Origin: a virus | Length of the DNA: 12,452 nucleotides | Reading direction: 5' to 3' (one strand) | UHGV virus genome: UHGV-2080389 | Shown: positions 6,534 through 12,452 of the stretch, piece after piece | How positions within the stretch are numbered: position 1 is the first letter of the stretch | How the letters are laid out: each line of letters starts with the position of its first letter | Program-made: the position numbers and the translations under genes | Notes under the pieces: model-generated | Seen by the model: only the letters and a program-made list of their open reading frames with translations | Databases searched by the model: none | Told to the model about the DNA's origin: nothing

Positions 6534-7022
6534 TCAGAATGGACACGGCCCAAGTAAATAACGCTGATTTAATACTTCAGTCTTTGCCGCATTTAAAAAT
6601 ACGCGAACACCTTCACGATCTCCCTTCTGGCGATACATTAACGCCTGCTGCGTGTACATGCGTCTCCGGTAGCCTGCCGCGTAAATGGCTACGTTTGGAA
6701 GACATACACCAGTTTCTGGTTGCTTATGTCCAAACTCATTCGCGTACACAATGGCCGCTCGCTCCAGATTGCGTCTGTATTCTTTCTGTTGCCAGATCAC
6801 GTCCTGTGCCATGAACTTAATTGGCTTAGCGTCTTCTATGCGCTCAGGCGTTTCGTGAGTACCTTTAGCCTGAATCTGCGCTCTGCTTAGAGTAGGGCGG
6901 TGTAATACTTCTGAACTTATTGCTTCTTCGCGGGCCAGCACGCCGTTAGCTAATGCCTTTGCCTTTAAACGCTCACGACGACGAGAACGTGAATTGCCTT
7001 TGAACTGAGTTCTGCGTGTCAT
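6534..7022 (-). CDS. N-like transcription antitermination protein with a P22-type arginine-rich motif
   Basis: ATG at 7020-7022 with AGGAGG 6 nt upstream. N-terminal GNSRSRRRERLKAKALA aligns with the P22 N arginine-rich motif (GNAKTRRHERRRKLAIER) and lambda N (QTRRRERRAEKQAQW). It is the first gene downstream of PL/nutL. At 162 aa it is longer than lambda N. Confidence 0.55.
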   Translation of the reverse strand: MTRRTQFKGNSRSRRRERLKAKALANGVLAREEAISSEVLHRPTLSRAQIQAKGTHETPERIEDAKPIKFMAQDVIWQQKEYRRNLERAAIVYANEFGHKQPETGVCLPNVAIYAAGYRRRMYTQQALMYRQKGDREGVRVFLNAAKTEVLNQRYLLGPCPF

Positions 7023-7187
7023 ATAGACCTCCTGATGAACTTTGGTGGTGTGGTAGGTGGGAGACCTATTTCGACCTGTTTCGGCCTACTTCAATTCGGC
7101 AATAGTCCCGCAGGCCTCGCCGCTTTACGTGCGACATATTCCCGTCCATGAACCCTTCACCACACCCCAAAGTTCACTTTGGTTATT

Positions 7188-7202
7188 GCGCTTTGTCAGC
7201 GC
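7188..7202 (-). promoter_or_regulatory. nutL boxB hairpin, P22 type (transcript reads GCGCUGACAAAGCGC: 5-bp stem, GACAA loop)
   Basis: Plus strand gcgctttgtcagcgc. Located in the PL leader between the PL start (about 7264) and the N-like start (7022). The 15-mer matches the P22 boxB-left RNA as I recall it. Confidence 0.55.
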
Positions 7203-7270
7203 CGTAGATTCATATTTGAATCGTTGTATATTCACCGCCCTGGTGAGTAGTGCGTCCTGCTGATGTGTTT

Positions 7271-7333
7271 AGTATCACCGCCAGTGGTATTTATGTCAAC
7301 ACCGCTAGAGATAATTTATCACCGCAGATGGTT
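7271..7333 (-). promoter_or_regulatory. Lambda-type OL1-OL2-OL3 operators with PL (-10 GATACT = plus 7271-7276; -35 TTGACA = plus 7294-7299; 17-bp spacer)
   Basis: OL1 at 7273-7289 (TATCACCGCCAGTGGTA), OL2 at 7297-7313 (one mismatch to lambda OL2), OL3 at 7317-7333 (TATCACCGCAGATGGTT). These are the lambda 17-mers from memory. Confidence 0.85.
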
Positions 7334-7418
7334 ATCTGTATGTTTTTTATATGAATTTATTTTTTGCAGGGGTGCATTGTTTGGTAGGTGAGAGATCTGA
7401 ACTGCTATGTTTAGTGAG

Positions 7419-7448
7419 TTGTATCTATTTATTTTCAAATAGATACAA
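7419..7448. repeat. Perfect 12-bp inverted repeat (TTGTATCTATTT-ATTTTC-AAATAGATACAA)
   Basis: Read directly from the sequence, between OL3 and the tIMM-like terminator. Confidence 0.5.
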
Positions 7449-7485
7449 TTGGTTATGTGTTCTTGGGTGAGGGGGATCGTGAGGC

Positions 7486-7511
7486 AAAGAAAACCCGGCT
7501 CTGTGGCCGGG
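7486..7511 (-). terminator. Intrinsic terminator ending the leftward cI/rex-slot transcript (tIMM-like)
   Basis: Minus strand reads CCCGGC-CACAGA-GCCGGG followed by UUUUCUUUG, immediately after the last rex-slot stop at 7520-7522. Confidence 0.6.
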
Positions 7512-7519
7512 AATAACAT

Positions 7520-7898
7520 TTAGGAATCAAGGTCAGGTAGCATGATTTTCTCAATCAACGTCAATGCCCTTTGGTCTCGTTCAGCAAAATATTTAGGAGC
7601 GTACTGAGGCAGCCACACTTCGTTGAAGTATTGTTTGAAATCTGCAATATTCGTTTGGGTATAGACGTACCGGGAATGTCCGGCCATCTGGGTACTCATG
7701 GTTATATGTTGGGAATGTCTTCGGCTCAACCCCCCGGTTGTCACGGAGCCATTGCGAGAAAACCCTACCCTCTGAAATATCAGGGACCATTTTTTCTGGC
7801 AGCGTATATCCGGCCTGTTCAAGTGGCGCAACCAAGTTAAACGTCAGTTCATTAAGCATAGAAAAGTGCGTATGAGGAACTCTGCCTCGGTTTGTCAT
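7520..7898 (-). pseudogene. Disrupted C-terminal portion of the KilA-N-domain gene (two ORF fragments in different frames)
   Basis: ORF 7593..7898 is in the same frame as the KilA-N ORF, separated from it by one TAA (7938-7940) with 13 sense codons between that TAA and the next ATG. ORF 7520..7831 is in the +1 frame. Protein-like sequence runs in the first frame up to about ...FPVRLYPNEY and continues in the second from about ...NIADFKQYFNEVWLPQYAPKYFAERDQ, so the switch is near 7640-7665. Confidence 0.4.
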
Positions 7899-7937
7899 AT
7901 ACCGCTTAAGGTGGATAGGGAGTTCGGCAGGCGCTCT

Positions 7938-8279
7938 TTAACCTGACATCCACTCACGCACCCATCTCGATACTTGCACTGCAAATTTTGGAGATAGCCA
8001 CTGAGCTAAATTAATTGCGATGTCTGGATGAACCCAAGTCCCTTGATTCTCTGCTCTTCCGCCTTTAAATGATTGAATTAACTCCGATATGGGAATCCCC
8101 ATATCGCGTGATAATTCATCAAAAAAATCTTGTGTTGTTTTTAGTCGTGTATAGTCAGCAAGTAGCTTCCCCGCAGACTTGCACATCGCGGTGGCATTGA
8201 TGTATCCGTCTTTGGTGCGAAGATGGATGACTTCTCCATCAACTTCTCTAGCGATTAATGCAAGTTGAAATTGTGTCAT
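7938..8279 (-). CDS. KilA-N (APSES-like) DNA-binding domain protein in the rexAB position
   Basis: 113-aa ORF with ATG at 8277-8279 and AGGA 7 nt upstream, 31 nt downstream of the cI stop. Signature GTWVHPDIAINLAQWLSPKFAVQVSRWV is typical of the KilA-N domain. Confidence 0.7.
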   Translation of the reverse strand: MTQFQLALIAREVDGEVIHLRTKDGYINATAMCKSAGKLLADYTRLKTTQDFFDELSRDMGIPISELIQSFKGGRAENQGTWVHPDIAINLAQWLSPKFAVQVSRWVREWMSG

Positions 8280-8310
8280 AAATCATCCTATTACGTGAAA
8301 AATAAAACAA

Positions 8311-9027
<717 letters not shown>

Positions 9028-9034
9028 TTAAATC

Positions 9035-9100
9035 TATCACCGCAAGGGATAAACTTCTAACACCGTGCGTGTTGACTATTTTACCTCTAGCGGTGATAAT
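9035..9100. promoter_or_regulatory. Lambda OR3-OR2-OR1 with divergent PRM/PR (PR -35 TTGACT 9072-9077, -10 GATAAT 9095-9100)
   Basis: OR3 at 9035-9051 (TATCACCGCAAGGGATA), OR2 at 9058-9074 (TAACACCGTGCGTGTTG), OR1 at 9082-9098 (one mismatch to lambda OR1). The PR spacer is 17 bp. Confidence 0.9.
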
Positions 9101-9124
9101 GGTTGCCTGTACTAAGGAGGTTGT

Positions 9125-9325
9125 ATGGAACAACGCATAACCCTGAAAGATTATGCAATACGCTTTGGGCAAACCAAGACGGCTAAAGATCTCGGCGTAT
9201 ATCAAAGCGCGATTAACAAGGCCATTCATGCAGGCCGAAAGATTTTTTTAACTATAAACGCTGATGGAAGCGTTTATGCGGAAGAAATAAAGCCCTTCCC
9301 AAGTAACAAAAAAACAACTGCATAA
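9125..9325 (+). CDS. cro: Cro repressor (lambda type, 66 aa)
   Basis: [66 protein letters not shown] differs from lambda Cro at two positions from memory. AGGAGG RBS upstream. Confidence 0.95.
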   Translation: MEQRITLKDYAIRFGQTKTAKDLGVYQSAINKAIHAGRKIFLTINADGSVYAEEIKPFPSNKKTTA

Positions 9326-9333
9326 GTAACACC

Positions 9334-9378
9334 GCTCTTTTCACAATGGACATTCGTCCTACGTCGCTGACAAAGCGA
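9334..9378 (+). promoter_or_regulatory. nutR: boxA-like CGCTCTTTT (9334-9342) and P22-type boxB hairpin UCGCUGACAAAGCGA (9364-9378)
   Basis: Located between the cro stop and cII. The boxB has the same GACAA loop and 5-bp stem architecture as nutL. A small hairpin (ATGCGT-TTCC-ACGCAT, 9409-9424) follows and may be part of a tR1-like region. Confidence 0.55.
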
Positions 9379-9462
9379 GCCCCAAGATATCTGACCAACT
9401 AAGGCCATATGCGTTTCCACGCATACCTTTCAACTAACTATTCACTATTGGAAAATTAACAA

Positions 9463-9759
9463 ATGACACAAGCAAGTTATAGCAAACCAACACAGCGAGA
9501 AATTGATCGCGCTGAAACTGATTTACTCATCAACCTGTCAACGCTTACCCAGCGCGGTCTGGCAAAGATGATTGGCTGTCATGAATCGAAGATAAGCAGA
9601 ACGGACTGGAGGTTTATTGCTTCGGTCTTGTGTGCTTTCGGAATGGCATCAGACATCAGTCCGATTAGCAGGGCTTTTAAGTATGCATTGGATGGAATCA
9701 CAAAGAAAAAATCCCCGGCCGCCACCGAGGATTTTAAGCAAATTGATATGCAATTCTGA
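9463..9759 (+). CDS. cII: CII-like transcriptional activator
   Basis: 98 aa. The central ...SKISR...W... segment and the C-terminus KKKSPAATEDFKQIDMQF resemble lambda CII (...KKRPAATERSEQIQMEF), but the protein overall is a different allele. Confidence 0.7.
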   Translation: MTQASYSKPTQREIDRAETDLLINLSTLTQRGLAKMIGCHESKISRTDWRFIASVLCAFGMASDISPISRAFKYALDGITKKKSPAATEDFKQIDMQF

Positions 9760-9791
9760 GGTCATTACTGGATCAATCTACAGGAGTAATT

Positions 9792-9953
9792 ATGACAAAA
9801 CGTCGTAAGAAATACCAGGAAAAAGAAGAGATTCGACACCCTGATTCACCTGAGGGATTAGTGGTAGCCGCAGCAAATAACAGGGCGTTCGCAGAGCGCC
9901 TTGTTGGTGTTTACAGACTAGCCAAAGCAGGAGTGAAACATGGGCGTCGTTAA
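9792..9953 (+). CDS. Small hypothetical ORF (53 aa); below the ORF-track cut-off
   Basis: ATG at 9792 with AGGAG 5 nt upstream. Product MTKRRKKYQEKEEIRHPDSPEGLVVAAANNRAFAERLVGVYRLAKAGVKHGRR, stop at 9951-9953. It overlaps the next ORF by 14 nt. Confidence 0.4.
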   Translation: MTKRRKKYQEKEEIRHPDSPEGLVVAAANNRAFAERLVGVYRLAKAGVKHGRR

Positions 9954-10110
9954 GTTAGCTGATTACAGGCCTCAACTGGAGGTCGTGGAGCATCGCGTGG
10001 CAGAACTCGAAGATGGCTACACTCGGACTGCAAACACACTGTTAGAAGCCGCCATGCTTTACCGAATACTGAAGAATTACGCCAAAACCCTGACAGGAGC
10101 AGGAGTATGA
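9940..10110 (+). pseudogene. O-like replication initiator: N-terminal stub only (56 codons)
   Basis: ATG at 9940 with AGGAG upstream. The segment VAELEDGYTRTANTLLEA aligns with the lambda O N-terminus (VADLDDGYARLSNMLLEA, recalled). The frame then ends after about 20 more codons, with no room for the remaining ~250 codons of O or for P. Confidence 0.45.
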
Positions 10111-10195
10111 AGTCAGAGATAACAATCAACTAATACTGTTTTGTTGATTTTTGCTTGTGATTGGCGTTCTGGTCTGATTTTTGTGGAGTAAGTTG

Positions 10196-10581
10196 ATGCG
10201 TGATATTCAGATGGTTCTTGAGCGTTGGGGAGCGTGGGCGGCTAATAATCATGAANNNNNNNNNNNNNNNNNNNNATTGCCGCCGGTTTTAAGGGATTAA
10301 TTCCTTCAAAAGTAAAATCTCGCCCGCAATGTTGTGACGATGACGCGATGATCATTTGCGGGTGCATGGCCCGTCTGAAAAAGAACAACAGCGATTTGCA
10401 CGATTTATTAGTAGATTATTATGTAGTCGGTATGACATTCATGTCACTGGCAGGTAAGCATTGCTGCTCTGATGGTTATATCGGGAAAAGGTTACAGAAG
10501 GCTGAGGGCATAATTGAAGGGATGTTAATGGCATTAGATATCCGGTTAGAGATGGATATCGTTGTTAATAACTCTAATTAA
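10196..10581 (+). CDS. Q: Q-family late antiterminator (phage 82 / QuuD type), interrupted by a 20-N gap
   Basis: ATG at 10196 (GGAG 7 nt upstream) gives [20 protein letters not shown] up to the N-run. After the N-run the frame of ORF 10348..10581 reads [36 protein letters not shown]...VVNNSN. Both halves match my recollection of Q82/QuuD. Confidence 0.75.
10256..10275. other. Run of 20 N: assembly or scaffold gap, not biological sequence
   Basis: Literal n characters. Flanking Q codons are out of frame by one across the run, so its length is a placeholder. Confidence 0.95.
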
Positions 10582-10594
10582 TATGCCAATTGTT

Positions 10595-10633
10595 TACTAA
10601 AAATTATTAAAAATGGGGCGTTGAGACGCCCCC
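10595..10633 (-). terminator. Intrinsic terminator for minus-strand transcription downstream of the porin gene
   Basis: Minus strand reads GGGGCG-UCUCAA-CGCCCC followed by AUUUUUAAUAAUUUUUAG. Confidence 0.5.
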
Positions 10634-10720
10634 AAAAATAAAGGGTAATATATAACAGAAGGTTTATATAGTTAGAAGCAAGGTTGTGCTTCTAAAGGAA
10701 GTGGCTTGAGGGAGCCACTT

Positions 10721-10760
10721 ATATGTTGGGGAGGCAACGCCTCCCGCAACATATCTTTTT
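10721..10760 (+). terminator. Strong plus-strand intrinsic terminator downstream of Q (tR'-like)
   Basis: ATATGTTG-GGGAGGC-AAC-GCCTCCC-G-CAACATAT (about 15-bp stem with one bulge) followed by CTTTTTC. A second hairpin (AAGTGGCT/AGCCACTT) lies at 10699-10720. Confidence 0.6.
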
Positions 10761-10770
10761 CGTAATCAGA

Positions 10771-11868
10771 TTAGAACTGGTAAACCAGACCTACAGCAAC
10801 GATGTCATCAGTGCTTACACCGAGTGCTTTAGTGAAGTCATTTTTGTCAAGCAGGTTGATTTTGTAATCAACGAAAGTAGACATATTTTTGTTGAAGTAA
10901 TAGGTTGCACCTACATCAACATATTTGACTAAGTCCTGATCGCCCCATACTCCAAGATCTTTACCTTTAGATTGCAGGTAAGCAACGGACGGACGCAGAC
11001 CGAAATCGAACTGATATTGTGCAACAGCTTCGAAGTTTTGGGCTTTATTAGCAACGAAGTGATCAGCAAATACAGTCATATTCTGGGTTTCAGAATAGGT
11101 AGTGGCCAGGTAAATGTTGTTAGCGTCATATTTCAGACCTGCGGCCCAAACTTCTGCATTTTTACCGGAAGCAAATACTTCAGGAAGAACTTTCCCTGCA
11201 TTAACTTGAGTGTCGGTACGATCAGATTTCGCATAAGTTGCACCGATACCGAATCCTTCGTATTCATAGGTAGCAGAGAAACCGAAGCCATCACCGTTAC
11301 CTTCAGTGTAGTTATCGAAATCGCTACGATCGTTTTTGCCTTGGTACTGAGCAGCAAAGTTCAGACCATCAACCAGACCAAAGAAGTCGTTGTTACGATA
11401 GGTTGCAACACCAGTGGTGCGACCAGTCATGAACACATCTGTTTGGGTCCAGGTATCGCCACCGAATTCTGGCAGAACGTCAGTCCACGCACCGATGTCG
11501 TATGCTACACCGTAGTTACGGCCGTAATCGATTGAGCCGTAGTCACCGAATTTCAGGCCTGCAAATGCAAGACGGGTTTTGTCTTTGGAGGAACCTTGAG
11601 ATTCAGCGCGGTTGCCTTTGAATTCATATTCCCACTGACCGAAACCAGTCAGTTGATCGTTGATTTGGGTTTCACCTTTGAAGCCAAGACGGGCATAAGT
11701 AGTATCACCATCATCTGCATCATTAGAGGAGAAGTAGTGCTTGGCATTAACTTTCCCGTACAGATCCAGCTTGTTACTGTCTTTATTATAAATTTCAGCT
11801 GCCTGAGCAGACATCGCCATCAGTACTGATGCAGCTACAGCAGAAATTGCCACTGTTAATTTTTTCAT
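10771..11868 (-). CDS. nmpC: Prophage-borne outer-membrane porin (NmpC/Lc family, OmpC-like), with signal peptide
   Basis: 365-aa ORF. N-terminal signal [23 protein letters not shown] followed by AEIYNK, and the classic porin C-terminus ...VGLVYQF. Its position between Q and the lysis genes, on the opposite strand, is that of nmpC in DLP12 and lc in phage PA-2. Confidence 0.9.
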   Translation of the reverse strand: MKKLTVAISAVAASVLMAMSAQAAEIYNKDSNKLDLYGKVNAKHYFSSNDADDGDTTYARLGFKGETQINDQLTGFGQWEYEFKGNRAESQGSSKDKTRLAFAGLKFGDYGSIDYGRNYGVAYDIGAWTDVLPEFGGDTWTQTDVFMTGRTTGVATYRNNDFFGLVDGLNFAAQYQGKNDRSDFDNYTEGNGDGFGFSATYEYEGFGIGATYAKSDRTDTQVNAGKVLPEVFASGKNAEVWAAGLKYDANNIYLATTYSETQNMTVFADHFVANKAQNFEAVAQYQFDFGLRPSVAYLQSKGKDLGVWGDQDLVKYVDVGATYYFNKNMSTFVDYKINLLDKNDFTKALGVSTDDIVAVGLVYQF

Positions 11869-12296
11869 CGTGAGCCCTTTTTTTTGAACTATTATTAAAA
11901 AATGATGTCACTGCGCGATAAATATTCATCTAATCAATGTGATTATTTCAAGATGTAAGTTTTGGTTTCTCGTTTGATTTGTGAAGTAGATCTCTATTTT
12001 TATCTGAACTTTTTTCTATCGAATCCTATTCATAGCTCTTGGCTGAATAAAAATAAATCTATTAGTCAATTTATATTAACGGCTGTTATTTATAAGTGCT
12101 CTATAATTTGAAGGTTCAATTTAAATCGGCTAAAAATAACACTGGAAATTATTTGTTGGTTATTTGTTGAGGTTTTCTTATGTATTTGTGGTGGTGTTTT
12201 GAACACTCGGTAGCATTCTCATAAATATCATTCAGTGGTTTACGTACGTAAAAAATTGGTTATGCTGTTAAGAGTGGTTACTTCGTCACACAGCTT

Positions 12297-12329
12297 AAAC
12301 CCGCCGTCGAGCGGGTTTTTCCATTTTTT
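12297..12329 (+). terminator. Plus-strand intrinsic terminator just upstream of the holin-like start
   Basis: AAACCCGC-CGTCGA-GCGGGTTT followed by TTCCATTTTTT. Confidence 0.45.
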
Positions 12330-12441
12330 GAGTCTCGATATTAGCTGATAACCCAATACCTGAGTTATTCACTGACTCCGAGTCTGTTACGTTTCGTAGT
12401 ATTCCCTCAATTTACACCCGCTTTGTCTGCGAGGTGGGGTT

Positions 12442-12452
12442 ATGAAATCCAT
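12442..12452 (+). CDS. First codons of a lysis gene, probably a class II (S21-type) holin; continues beyond the window
   Basis: GAGGTGG RBS at 12431-12437 then ATGAAATCCAT (M K S ...). S21-type holins begin MKSMDK and follow the porin in DLP12-like prophages. Only 11 nt are visible. Confidence 0.35.

Noticed and set aside
6524-6814. Plus-strand ORF (96 aa) over the N-like gene
   Set aside because: Antisense to the RBS-supported N-like gene, which has the arginine-rich motif.
7057-7263. Plus-strand ORF (68 aa) in the PL leader
   Set aside because: Lies antisense in the nutL leader, which is transcribed leftward from PL. No RBS. This region is better explained as the boxB-containing leader.
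7319-7519. Minus-strand ORF (66 aa) between OL3 and the terminator
   Set aside because: It spans the operator, the 12-bp palindrome and the terminator hairpin. It sits downstream of the terminator for leftward transcription and has no RBS.
7571-7840. Plus-strand ORF (89 aa) over the rex-slot fragments
   Set aside because: Antisense to the KilA-N locus, whose minus-strand frames carry the protein-like sequence.
9617-9808. Plus-strand ORF (63 aa) overlapping the cII 3' end
   Set aside because: Alternative frame of cII running into the intergenic region. The independently supported 53-aa ORF starts at 9792 in a different frame with its own RBS.
10723-11829. ORFs 10723..10932 (+), 10972..11535 (+), 11133..11357 (-) and 11596..11829 (+) over the porin gene
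   Set aside because: Antisense or alternative-frame ORFs within a complete porin gene that has a signal peptide and a canonical C-terminal Phe.

Overview
The window spans the junction of two horizontally acquired elements that share one tRNA-Thr-derived att core (4678-4726). Left of the core (1-4726, all genes on the minus strand) is the integrase-proximal end of a CP4-type integrative island: a P4-family tyrosine integrase, an AlpA-family regulator, an AT-rich cargo block (254-aa RHH-fusion protein plus an untracked 58-aa HTH ORF) and a YagK/YfjJ-family gene. Right of the core (4727-12452) is a defective, mosaic lambdoid prophage. It has a P22-type integrase reduced to its C-terminal ~107 codons, a PL operon with an N-like antiterminator, Erf and an SSB-like protein, and P22-type boxB hairpins at both nut sites. 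Its immunity module is near-identical to lambda (OL1-3, cI, OR1-3, cro), but the rexA/rexB position is occupied by a KilA-N-domain locus that is interrupted by an in-frame stop and a frame change. The replication module is missing: a cII homologue is followed by an O-like N-terminal stub and then directly by a Q82/QuuD-type antiterminator, which is itself broken by a 20-N assembly gap. An NmpC/Lc-type porin gene and the first codons of a holin-like gene close the window. No rRNA, intact tRNA or CRISPR array is present. The best candidates for something undescribed are the KilA-N locus in the rex slot and the AT-rich RHH-fusion cargo gene; both are unproven. All protein identifications are from recalled family signatures, not database searches.
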